Source: Klebsormidium nitens
Taxonomy: Eukaryota; Plantae; Klebsormidiophyceae
Reading direction: 5' to 3'
DNA length: 64,000 nucleotides
Assembly (NCBI GenBank): GCA_000708835.1
Contig: DF237401.1
Coordinates: 12,166 to 76,165 of the forward strand
Part shown: positions 52,513-64,000 of the stretch, one piece after another
How the letters are laid out: every line of letters begins with the position of its first letter
Position numbering within the stretch: position 1 is the stretch's first letter
Program-made: the position numbers and the translations under genes
The notes under the pieces: generated by a model
Told to the model about the DNA's origin: nothing
The model's database searches: none
Seen by the model: the letters and a program-made list of their open reading frames with translations, nothing else

Positions 52513-53941
52513 AGCTCCTCTACTTGCCTTTCTACCCCCAAGCAACTCTTAGAACATCCGGTCGCGGTAGTATTTGTTGTATGTCGTCAGCATGTAGAAC
52601 GCAGTACTTTACTCCACAGCCTTGCTGATCTGAACTCCCTCTCCCACCGCTTCGGCACAGGTAGTGCCCCCGTCAGGAGGTGTGCGTCCCTCAGTCTGTG
52701 TTGCCAAAGTACACTGATTGCATTCGTCCTTTCGCCCTCAACGACTCACTTGTGCGGAACACGAGCTAATGCAGGCGTTGTGATCCTTCGTCAGCAAGAT
52801 CAGACGTAGAACTTTGCACCTCTTCCCTTCCTGTCCGGCAGATCATTGGGGAGCGTCCAAACGGACCTCAGCAATGCTGAGATTATCGACACATCAAGCG
52901 CCGCGCTGATCGACATGGTACCTTCTCCCTCCTTTGGCTTGGAAAAGGAAGAGCATTGCCAGTTCGTGTGACAGCTCCAAGTCACTATTCAGAGCTGGAT
53001 GTGTGCAACTGAGAGCACTGGACACCCCTAGTGTTCGAAGAGCGAGCTCTCCTTCGTGAGCTCTAAAGATCGAACTCCGTGGTATACAGCTTGATCTTGG
53101 TGCATGGCGGCAGGCTGATCATGAGAGTAGCCGCTGCTTATGCATCGGCAAAGGGGGCGGCCGCGCGACAACTCCTAATATGCCGTACCTCTGACGTCAT
53201 TGAGCGTTTGAGGTTTCAAGGCACAGGGCTGTAACACTCACCCCTTCGAGTGAGTACTGCGCCATTTATGTAAGATTGCGCGGCTACTGAACCAATCTTA
53301 GGTGACTGTGAGGACAGGACAGGGCCGACTTGGCGGCCGCTGCTAGTAGTGCATGTACCGTCACATTAGACAGCTGATATCAAAGGTCAGGACGGTCAGT
53401 GCAAAGTACGTGTTCCATTAGGTGTATCACGCTTGACACATGCCTAGGTCCTCAGGCTAGTATACGTAGCAACTATTGGGCCACTTGAACGATTGTGCAG
53501 GTCGACCAGTTTTCATTGCATTTTTAGAGAATCTTCACCCACTGCGCACCCACTCTTCACCCGGATAACGCCTGCATTGGTCTGATGAATGGCCCTCTTG
53601 TTGCTTCAAAGCACCACCTGGCTGTCTTGCTGCGTGCAAAATGAAGTAGTGTCTTGTCGGGCTTCAGCCGGCACTCTACGGAACCATATTTGCTCGCGTA
53701 CAACCATCAAGCCTGTCATCGACGGCCCGATCAAATCGGACAGCCACACGATCATTATATTTGATATCACCGATGCGCGCGTACAACTTTGACTAGCGCA
53801 CGTGAAGAGCATGCGGCGCGACGCGCCGCCGCGCTGCAAGGCCGCTCTGTATGCCTGGCAGCCATGGTGCATTGAGGCTGCATGCATTACCTTACATTCT
53901 CCTTGCCAGATTGTTTTGTACCGTAGTTTTTGCGGGCAGCA

Positions 53942-56900
53942 ATGGCTGCGCAGTCCATGCTGCTCAGGAGCGAGTACCAGCTGACAGCATTGTCCAAGAG
54001 AAACGTCGCAAAACCTGCAAGAGCCGTTCAGAGTGCGGCGGGGCCGGTTGCATCACTTGAAAGTTTGCAGAGAAGAAGTAATCCTCACTCAGAGGGAGCT
54101 AGCTCAAAGAGGTCCTTGCAAAGGGGACGGCAGGATTCATCTCAAGTGTTTGCGGGGGAAAGTTTTCTGGGAAGTAGTTGGACGTTTAAACGGAGTCTAC
54201 TTGGAGAATCTGGAATCAAATGTAGACCCCAGCAGAACATCATCGCAAGTAAGTGCCCTAGCTTTCTGCTGATGGGCAACACGGTTGCAATCAGATTCTG
54301 TAGGATCGTGCTTTGTCCTAGTCGTGCTTCAAAGGGCAGCATGGGGCTGGTGGCTTCCCTTGGCAAATGTTTGCAGACACTTCAAACGCTGGTGTGCAAA
54401 TTTGGGAACATTGTTGCACGTTCTAGTGGGGCTGCTTAGTTTGATAGAAGCTCAACATGAGAGGTTGTATGCATCTACGGTGGTTTGTATCTTCACGATA
54501 AAGCAGCCAGTTCACCCACCACCTTCACAGTAAAGAGTACAACATTGTCTTCTGGGTTCAGATGAAGCCCTCTAGTTCTATCAGATCCATGGCATCTCCA
54601 TGATGAGCATCTTGGAGTGAGCAAGGCTGTTGCTGACACATGCTCGGACAAGATGTCCCATGTCGCCATCATCTTCCATAGAAGGCCTTGATGGAAGTTG
54701 GGGCCATGTTGGGCAGAAGTTAGCTAAACTACCACTTTTCCTGCAGTGGCCACAGCTAGTAAAGATCCTGTCACAGAGTGGATCCTAGGAGAAGGGGGTG
54801 CGATGAAGGTTCTAAGGACTAGCTCTGTTGGGGGAGGGTGCATCAATGTGGCATATAAGTACGATACGGACGCCGGACCATTCTTCGTCAAGTCAAATAG
54901 GTGAGGGGGTACGTTCTCACAACCCAAAGAAAAATTCTGGCAGCTCGCGACAAACTTAAGAAGCATGGTGGCGGAGAACTCTATTCACAGTTCCTTATTG
55001 GTCACTTGCTAAGTGACAGCTTGTTTGGGCCCATGTAATGAGTAAGGTCTGGGTATAATTGCACCATTGGAGATCTGAAAGGGGCGAGAATCATTTTGCA
55101 AATTGCTTCAAGCAAGATCCTCAAACGCTTTCTCAGTAAAGCCCCTTCTTTACTCAAGGTCGGAATCAGAGGAGACTCAACCGGTTCCCTGAAGAAAAGC
55201 TGACAACCGCCGACGACAAGCGCTTTGTAATGTGTCTTGTAAGCTGATTGTGACAAACTTGTTGAGTGATGAGCATCCAGTATTGGGATTCTTTGGGTTT
55301 CTCAGCCACTTCTAATCGTTTCGCAGAGACCCGTCCCTGCCGAAGAGGCGTTTTTGCAAAGACCCAACCCTGCAGGCGAAGCGTACTCATCCGGTTTCCT
55401 TGTCTGCAGGTCCACAGGTCCCGCCATGTTTGAGGCGGAGGCTGCAGGGCTGGAAAAGATGTGGGAGACCAAAACCATACGCGTACCCAAGCCCTTGAAG
55501 GCACGCACTAGTCTTCCTTTGGTTCCTCAATCGGTTGCAACTGCTCGTGAGTTTTACGAGTTCCTTGTCCTTGATCGTCACAATTGTTGTGCACATGTTC
55601 CAGGAGTCTGCCAGCGCCTTACCTGGTTGGTCGCCCTTGTCAGGGGGTCAGGGGGTTCCACCCTTGTAAGGGCTTACTTACTAACGTACGTGCAGGTGGG
55701 AACGCTCCCTGGCGGAGGCTCGTTCATCATTATGGAGTTCATCGAGTTCGGGAGTCGAAGCAGCCAGGCAAGCTCTCTGAACCTTGAAAGCTTCGGTGCC
55801 TCCACAAAAAGGGAAACAGAAACTGAACAGGTCCTTGCGATGGAGCATAAGATAGCCTGGAGCGGAGTTCTTCGGAAGGGACCCCATGGCCAGCCCCGAA
55901 TTCTTCCACAATCGCTTTGATGAGCATTGTTCTTGTTAAGAATCATCTGAAGTTCAGTCGAGACTTGTAGTTTTAGTCTTGCCCAAACGGCGCCCCAAGT
56001 CAGTCTGTTCCGGGGTTGAAACAGCACCACGCTCTTGACCACCTACAAAGACTATGAAGAAGCAGAAAGATACGAAGAAGACATAAGGCATTTTGAAGCT
56101 TCATTGGAAGCCTTATTGTACTGAAGCAAGCATCCGTTACTCTCACCTTCACAACCACCGAGGCTCTTTCGACTGACGTTGTCAGCTTTCCGTACGCAAC
56201 AGGCGGATCTAGGGAGAGCCCTCGGCGAGATGCATAAAGCCTCGACGGGGCAGTCCCCCCACGGCTTTGGGTTTTTCATGGACAACACGATTGGCAGGTG
56301 CGCTACAAAGACTCAATGCTCTGTGCCAGCCCCTGGTAGTGCGGCGTAGAAGTTGCGTGTGCTAAATGTGTACTCGCGTTTGAACTTCGAAGAAGACCGG
56401 CAAGCTTTGGGACGAGTTAAGTTCAACAGAAAGTGGTGACGACAGTGATAACAAAGGCAAGTGTATCTCTTCCCGAAAGCCAGCGGGATCGTGGGCGGGG
56501 GGAAAAGACTGTCTGTGTTCTGCATCCGTACTTCCACGCTGGCCTCAGCTGAGATCGTGTGGATTATTGTGAACACGGGCATGTTCTGCACTGCAGCACG
56601 CACCAGCCCAACACGTGGACGTCGGACTGGGTGGACTTCTTTCGTGAGCACCGTTTGGGCTTCCAGCTCGACTTGGCCCGACGGCAGTATGCAGAAAACA
56701 CGCTGTACGAAAAAGGTGGGCGCGGAATTTGCTCGACAGCGCACGTTGCTTTGGTCAGAGTTGTCGAGCGTGGAGTTTCGATCCATCAACTTTCCAGCTC
56801 GGCGCAAGGACAATGACGTATACCAGGCCTCCTGGCTTCCTATGCGGGCCCTTGCAGTGGAGAGCTTGCCGTCGATTCATAGCTCGGCCAGTCTCGTCTT

Positions 56901-58027
56901 TAAAGCAGACGTCCTCTCAATCCTATCCTAAAGCGGTGCCCCTTGCAAATAGTCTGTGCAAGTATGCGCCGGCTTCCCCGTTGCTTGAGTGGAGAAGCAC
57001 AATGGCTTCCGACTGTGTCACGTGGTCTGGTAAACCCCGTACGTCTGCACCTCGCGGCTGTGCCGTCAGGTTAATTAGCAGGTTCGACCACCAAGCAACC
57101 TTGCGCCTGGCGTCCCAGCTTCTTCATTAGTCCAGTCCGCTTTGCCTGAACGATCCACCGAGCTCTCTTCTCGTACTGTGAACCTGCAGGCCAGAAGCTG
57201 CTGGCCAAGCTGCCGGAGCTGTTGGGCGGGGTGGAGGTCGCGCCGGTGTTGCTGCACGGAGACCTGTGGAGCGGGAACGTGGCCAGCGACAAGGACGGCC
57301 GGCCCGTGATCCTGGATCCCGCCTGTTATTGTGAGTGATCGGTGGCGGTCCCTTTTGGTGGCCGACCGGTTTCTGACGTGGGGGAAATGTTTGGTGGGCG
57401 CTTGGCAATCAAGAAGATGTACGAGCAAACGGCATTCTGATCGCAGCTCGAGAGAAATCTTAGTAATGGTTCCATACGCGACTGTTTCTGCAGGGTGGAT
57501 CTTCTGGACTTTCAGGGTGCTCCTTGCGACCTGTCTGGCCAGGTTTGAGGGCTGATGACGAAGAGTCGTTGACATGGGAGCGGTGATGCTTGCAGATGGG
57601 CACAGCGAGGCGGAGTTCGGCATGTCCTGGTGCGCGGGCTTCAATTCCTCGTTTTACGAAGCCTATCACAAAGTAAGCAGCCTTCTCCGATCCGAGAAGT
57701 AGACTAGCAGAGGGAAAAAGTCTTCAAGGAACGAAGGGACTCGTGCGTGGGAAACGATAGATGCCACTGGCCCGCAGTTTTATTTCTTCGCAAATCTTTC
57801 TGCTTGAAGCATGCTGGCATATCTCTTCGGCTGCTGGTATTCATTCATCTGCAACTTGCTCTTCTTGCTTCATCACAACGATCCTGCACTTGCAGGTCAT
57901 TCCGAAGCAGCCAGGCTTTGAGCGCCGTGTTGAGATCTACAAGTTGTACCATTATTTGAACCATTTAAATCTTTTCGGAAGCGGGTACCGAGGATCGTGC
58001 ATGTCCATCATAGACAAGTTTGTTTGA
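53942..58027 (+). CDS. Fructosamine/ribulosamine 3-kinase family protein, probably plastid-targeted, ~395 aa
   Basis: Exons: 53942-54248, 54747-54900, 55410-55500, 55696-55767, 56203-56297, 56597-56715, 57190-57330, 57596-57672, 57896-58027 (1188 nt). Motifs: [91 protein letters not shown]. Introns 55501-55695 and 55768-56202 are GC-AG. Confidence 0.95.
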
Positions 58028-58892
58028 TGGTCTTAGGTTTGAAAGATTGTAGCGAATACAGGAGCCATCGTCCTGTTGAACCTAGAGATTCAGGCACCCT
58101 CATACTCTTTGTCCAAATTTTGCGGGCGCGCATTTCAATCACCGTTCATGAGGGAGCTGTTGGTGAGTTATTCAATGCATGCTCAGGTATGTAAACATCG
58201 GACAACTTCAATTGCAAGAGGTGCTGAAGTCCTACTAAGATGTATGCCAGCTTGCATGCCGAGTTGCAAATGTGCGGGTACTACGTACGTAATTGTGATC
58301 TCATGCTGGCGCCGCCACCAACTTATAGGCACCGTCTACTTGCATATGTACTACGACTCAAAATTCGCGCATGTTTGATCAGATACACTACCGTCGCATG
58401 ACGCGCAGTCTGGTGCATGTGAGATGCAGACATGTAACCGACGGGCGGCCGTGCACATGTTCTACATGCAAGTGTCTACACTGAGTGACAGTGGCTAATT
58501 GATACTAACTTGATTCAGCGTCTTGATCGTGGAATCCTTCGTTTACAACAACCAATGGCAACAGTGGCTATTGCATCAAAAGTTGCAACGGTGTAGAGTC
58601 GAATTTCTTAACTGAATTGGCCCATCTTTGTGTAACACCTAACCTTGAACGCCTATAGCTAGGCCGGATCGAGTGCAGGCACTCAGACAGAGTGCAGGCT
58701 GGGTTTGCCCCATGACCTAGTTCTAGGGCCGGGAATCTGTGTCTCAAAGCGCACAACTAAGATGGTTTAAGCGTGTCATTGGTTGAGCGCTGCATGGGCG
58801 GCAAGTTCCTCAATAGGATTGTCGAGTCTACTAATCCAGTTGGAAGACGGGTTGGGAGGATCGAACGAGCTCTTTGACTAGCGTGCAGCTGG

Positions 58893-60492
58893 CTACTTGC
58901 GTGGCTTGTGTTCAACAAGATACTTGGCAACAAACTCGTACGGATCCTCTGGCCTGCACGAAACAAACAAGTCCCCGTCAGGTACAAGCCTCGGCGACTT
59001 CAAACTTGTGCTTCATTTGACCGCTTGAAAAGGTATACGAAAGATTTGTAGGGTGCGTGATCTGCAGCACAGAAAGATCAACCTTTTCACCAAAGGCATA
59101 TCTAATTACTTGAGCTATTTGCCACTTGCCTTGTTTTGACGAGCGCCCTCAGGGCGTCCCGAAGGACAGGCACAATTGTGGAGTTTAGATACTCCTTGAC
59201 GGGCAGAGCAGAATCGTTTCCGGTAATAGCCCGGATCTGAGGTGACGTTGGTAGGATGTTCTCTCCAGCAGAGGGGCTGGAAGGCTGGGAGGCCGGCTTC
59301 TCTACCTGGCGAGATGTGAACAAAGCCTGGGTTTCTTTGACTTCTTGCAAAGCAAGCTTGATGGCAATGCTTGATAAGACTAGTCAAGTGGCAAGTTCCG
59401 GTGTGTGCAGATTCTGAATCTGACCTCAAAGAAGGTTTTGACCGTGGGATGAGCTCTTAAACTTGGCTTAAACAGTCCGATTGAGGACAAACCTTCAAGC
59501 TGAGCTTCTGGTCTAGGGCTGGTGCCAGCTCTTCCAGAGGCGCAGTCTTCTCCTCCTTGATCACTTTTTTGGTCTCCGCCGCTGGCTCAGCAATCTCCGC
59601 TTCCTGTAGCAAACCAAATGAGACATTATTGGGGTTTCTTGCAGGCGATTCGTTTTTGAGCTTAATGACAAAAAGCGCATGAGGTCTCAGTCTGATGCTT
59701 ACGATCTGGACTGAGGCCGACTCAACACAATTCTTGGGAAACGCATGATGATTGAAACCCCCAATTGCCTGGTCATGTATGCGCCTCTTTTGCCTCTGTC
59801 AGTATGTTCATGATCGCTGCATCCCGAATTCCTTACCTTTGCAGCAAGCTCCTCGGCTTTTGCTTCGGTCAAAGGTTTCTCCCCACGCGGAGTGGCGGCA
59901 GCAATAGCATCTGCACAATACAGGAAGCGCGGCATTCTGGATATCAATCTACTTGTAGGAACAAGGAATTGCCGACTGCTACTGCTTCTCCAGAGAAACC
60001 TCCAGATTCTAACAGAAACATGGCCATCCCACGTGCCTGGAGCTCTGCTTGACACCTTAAATATATATTCTCCAGAGGACCCTATGTACAACTGCAAAAG
60101 GTTGAAAGAACAAGAGATTGGGTTATGCTATTTGGCAATAAGAGGTGGCTAAAAATCTGAGCAGTGTAGAGCATCAAAAAGATTACTTGCTAACTGATGA
60201 GTCAAAGATAACATGCGATAGCATTGCTGCCTGATCAAAAGATATCCATAAATCAGAAGGCCCTTATAAACATACCTGCAACAGCGTTCTCAGTGACTGG
60301 AGCTTTCTCAGCTTGCTGCTCCAATGAGGTTTCCTCACTCTGTACGCTGCCTGATTCGGCCTTCGCCTCCCCACCCTCTTGCTTCGTCTCTGATCCAGCT
60401 GATGCAGCACCCTCATGAGGAGCTGCAGATTCGTTCGGTGCCTCCATGCTGACGGGCTCCTCAGCATGAGCAGGAGGCGCGTCGTCCGCCAT
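58893..60492 (-). CDS. Dpy-30 motif protein with a long acidic/Ala-rich N-terminus, 212 aa
   Basis: Exons (-): 60492-60276, 59910-59837, 59603-59493, 59305-59130, 58953-58893 (639 nt). C-terminal ALPVKEYLNSTIVPVLRDALRALVKTRPEDPYEFVAKYL matches the Dpy-30 motif. Intron 59129-58954 is GC-AG (AG|GCAAGT). Confidence 0.9.
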
Positions 60493-60990
60493 TATGTGAG
60501 GGGTAATATGGCTGCTCGGATAAACCTCATGATTTTTTTCTCTCGTCTTTTGATGTTACGCCTGAGGGTCGCCTGTTGGGTGAGTGTTGGCCTAGTGGAG
60601 CTGGGATCTGGAAAGGCGATTTTCTGTCTGTCCCACGTCTGTCGAGTCCCCTCTAACATTTCTTAGATCTCCCGTAGTGGTCGAAACAGCTGTTACTGTC
60701 ACATGACAATCGAATAGGTACCAGGATTAGGCAGATTAGGCACGTAGGAACACGTGGTCGTTAAGTTGGGATGGTGGTTGGTACCCTGTACGAGACGGCG
60801 GCAACGGCCCCCTTGTTGTTGCGCGCGCACTTTACATCGAAGGCCTCGAATTCATACCGAACGTGGGATCGGACGGTCAAGCTAGGCCTAAGGGTTAGGA
60901 AGTTGGAACCAGTACCTAGGTAGTAGGTAGGTACGTTCGACCAGGCTCGGGCCAGCAGGCTCGGCCTGACTCGGCCTGAAGCTCCTAGCT

Positions 60991-61597
60991 GATTTTGCCC
61001 CGGGGCGCTTCTGCGCCCCGGGCCTTTGCCCTGGGGCGCAGGCTAGCTTCCCTGGGGCGCACATGGTAGAACCGGGCTCTTAGAAGCGCCCGGTACACTG
61101 AGCACGTGCTATACTAACCGGGCCAGGGAGGCCCTGTAGGCTGTAGCCAGGTTGGCCCCCTTTAAACGCCTCCCACTGCAGCTAAAGTAAACCAGTCGGA
61201 TCAAAACGCTACTAGACAAAACCAACTTATGGCAAGACAATATACAGGTATGCATCCTAAATCCTAAATCCTAAATATGGATTTTTTGGCCTCTAGGGAA
61301 CAAGTATGAATCAAACAAATTGATCTGTCAAGTGCTGGTAAGCTAGGCACTTATGCTAAATGTTCTTGCAATCGTCTCACTTATGGCAGTAAACCTTGCT
61401 CATATATTCGACCCTGTTTGAATCTCGATCATTTTAAAAGCCCCAAAAGTTAAACTCATGTACCTAGATAATAGATACCCATGCTCAGGCCCAGATTTGC
61501 CCGGGGGCGCTTCTGCGCCCCGGCCCTCCGCCCGGGGGCGCAGGATATTTCCCGGGGGCGCTCTGCGCCCCATTCTGCGCCCCGCCCGCACCCCTGA
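60991..61597. mobile_element. Probable DNA-transposon remnant with GGGGCGC subterminal repeats and one CAGGGGTG terminus
   Basis: A ~75-bp degenerate direct repeat at ~60991-61070 and ~61494-61565 contains the hairpin GGGGCGC-TTCT-GCGCCCC. The right end CACCCCTG (61590-61597) reads CAGGGGTG on the minus strand. No matching left terminus found. Confidence 0.45.
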
Positions 61598-61861
61598 GCT
61601 GAGCCTAGGTACCCATGCGACTCGCGAGCCTACCTAGGTCCCGCGCGCGCACTTGATCTCGATGGGCCGCCAGCTGGCAACGATACGTACCTAGAATCAC
61701 CCGTGACCTTGCGTGACGTCAAACATAGATGATATTTATTTCACCAATTAATTCACCGAGCCGCGAGAAATCGGGATGGTAGGAGTCAGGACTAGGTACC
61801 TACCTGCCTTCTTTTAGAATACGGTAAAAAAAAAAAAAGAATGAACAATCTGAGGACACCA

Positions 61862-62110
61862 NNNNNNNNNNNNNNNNNNNNNNNNNNNNNNNNNNNNNNN
61901 NNNNNNNNNNNNNNNNNNNNNNNNNNNNNNNNNNNNNNNNNNNNNNNNNNNNNNNNNNNNNNNNNNNNNNNNNNNNNNNNNNNNNNNNNNNNNNNNNNNN
62001 NNNNNNNNNNNNNNNNNNNNNNNNNNNNNNNNNNNNNNNNNNNNNNNNNNNNNNNNNNNNNNNNNNNNNNNNNNNNNNNNNNNNNNNNNNNNNNNNNNNN
62101 NNNNNNNNNN
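61862..62110. other. Assembly gap (249 N)
   Basis: Run of N characters. Confidence 1.
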
Positions 62111-63593
62111 ATGATCAAGTGGATTCTTTTAGAATACGGTAGTACCTGGTCCTTACCTCCGGCCTCTCAAGTTTGAGAAGTCGAGAGTCGGGACCGGAAA
62201 TTCTCGTACGGTGCGGCCGGCCACTACGGGGTCACTCGGGCCGCCGCGTCTGTGAACTTCAAATAGCCGCCCGGGGAATCAGGTGAGTACATACTTCCTA
62301 GGTACCGTACAACGTACAGCTAGGTACCTTTTATACGTACGGTTTTATAGTACCAATGTACGGTACGTACCGTGCACAGGCCTGAACACGGTAATGTTCG
62401 TACTCATACCTAATGATTGGATGCAGGAAGATGCAGGGCTCCGGGCACCGGGCAGTGAGGCACTCTTGCAAACGCTGTGGAGTCCATGGGCTCTGGAATG
62501 TGCATGGACCTACTCCCGGCCCCGGGCTCCCGGGAGTCAATCTTGGTCGGCGATTAATACTGGCAGCTTGAGTGTGGGCGTGAGATTCATGTACCCCGGG
62601 GCTTCCCTTCCCGGTCGTCTGGAATGAGAACCAGGTTATGCGTGTCTGGGTCAATCGCTAACTGCTGAGACCCGAAATCCGACTGCGCAGGCGTGTCTGA
62701 CAGAAAACGTGGCAGAAACTCGTCAATAAAAAGAGCCCGAGGGGGCTTCACCCGAGCAGTCGAAAGAACAGAACCGTGCACACTACCTGTCCCTGCACCA
62801 ATGGGTGCAGAGGGGTCAAACTGAGCCCCGATCGGCTGGCCCGTGCGCGGCCCCTGCCACGAGTGGGGCGGCGCGAGGCTACAATCCCACCCAACCTAGG
62901 GTTTTCATCGCGGCCGTCCGTGACAAGGAGGTCCTTCCGTCCACCGTCGATCCAAGATCTCATCAGAAGGGAGACCCGGGCATGGCTAGTGCCCGGTTGG
63001 CCCTAGCTTCGTTGAGTTGGTCACCGTCGATGGACGACGAGGCAAGAGCTGACGGTTCGGGACAAGTCCCAGATGTTCAGCGCATGGTCATAGCTTATGA
63101 ATGATGAACGAAAGGTTGTGACTGATGACTGCCTGTCACTCTGTCACTCTGTCGGTCCAAAGTGTCCAACAATGCAGTGACTGCACGATTCTACTGAGCT
63201 CACATTCAGTGTGCTGCCACACAATTGAGAGTTCCCTAAAGCCAGCGCCGCAATGCAAACTAAGCCGGTTGTACCAGAGACTGCCAATGTCCCCCTTTAG
63301 AAAGAAAGAGATGAAAGTAATGTACATGTGACATGCTACTTTACACTGCGATTGGCGGAATGATACCCGGCAACATTGCGCAAATTGCTCGTGACAATGA
63401 CTCTGGCGTGCTGCAAGTTAGCCGTCGGAAGTCAACGATAGTAATGGCCACATAGGCGGTCGCCAGCTGGAAAAAGCAACGTGTGTACAGAGGTGACAGC
63501 CGGTGAGCTTTTGAGGGGCTTTTGATTGCCACTGCGTTTTGAGCTGCAAACTGACCAGACTCATGATCTACACTGTCTAACTCACATAGAAAG

Positions 63594-64000
63594 GTACCAA
63601 AACTCGCCTGGTTCTCTTTTGAAATAATAACGGTCGTCACTAGACTTGCACAATGTTGTCAACTATAAGCTCCTTCAAAAACCCAGTGAACTGGTCTGAA
63701 TGGCCGTCCCCGCACACGCGCTCGTGCACATGCCAGTGAGATAGTACCAAAATATGCGTGTTTCTCTTTGGAGTACTAATGGTGAATTCTTGGTACACAC
63801 CATCAGTTACAAGAAGCTCAGCGGAATGGTTGCCCGCGGAAATCAAAAGCACTGCATGGCAGCTTGTACCAAGGTTTGCCGTTTTTTTTTCTAGAAGATC
63901 AATGGTCGATTCTTGGTACAAGCCATTCGTTACAAGAGAAAGACACTGGGATGGCCGACCCTGCGAGGACGTACCAAGCTTTACCCTTTTCTTTTCTAGA
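63594..64000 (-). pseudogene. Degenerate tandem-repeat coding-like sequence running off the right edge (about 4 units of 105-150 bp)
   Basis: The anchor GTACCAA recurs at 63594, 63744, 63866 and 63971. The minus-strand translation repeats LEKKRVKLGTS / LEKKTANLGTS / SKEKHAYFGTI / SKENQASFGTF and LVTNGLYQESTI / LVTDGVYQEFTI, with frame changes and a stop between later units. Confidence 0.45.

Noticed and set aside
61254-61274. (ATCCTAA)3 as an interstitial telomere
   Set aside because: Only three copies, which do not match TTTAGGG exactly and lie inside a probable element remnant.
63100-63200. ATGATGA/CTGA and CTGATGA motifs as a C/D snoRNA or hammerhead ribozyme (also CTGATGA near 60194, 57552, 17681)
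   Set aside because: There is no convincing terminal stem or antisense element, and no correctly placed stem II plus GAAA core.

Overview
This is eukaryotic, intron-rich genomic DNA. Gene content (ROP GTPase, TONNEAU1, nuclear plastid sigma factor, AGO1/5/10-type Argonaute C-terminus, centriolar CCDC57-like protein) and short 180-770 nt introns suggest a streptophyte alga such as Klebsormidium; this is an inference, as no search was run. I reconstructed 11 spliced protein-coding genes by hand from splice sites and reading-frame phase: a 5'-truncated Argonaute (+), a LEA-like/BT1-type carrier fusion (-), BCKDH E1-alpha (+), phosphopantetheine adenylyltransferase (-, only fragments appear in the ORF track), a 1286-aa orphan (+), ROP (-), a plastid sigma factor (-), TON1/FOP (+, 3' end unresolved), CCDC57-like (-), a plastid fructosamine/ribulosamine kinase (+) and a Dpy-30-motif protein (-). 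There are also transposon-like remnants, a 249-N gap and a degenerate repeat at the right edge. Top leads: (1) a group-3-LEA-like 11-mer repeat region spliced in frame onto a Brittle1-type adenine-nucleotide carrier; (2) an Argonaute with an intact guide-binding pocket whose DEDH tetrad reads G-E-D-G, so predicted slicer-dead; (3) a TON1 with an animal-FOP-like tail, convergent with CCDC57; (4) a ~1 kb element bounded by symmetric block-20nt-block inverted signals; (5) five GC-AG introns among about 81. All family assignments come from recalled motifs and need database confirmation.
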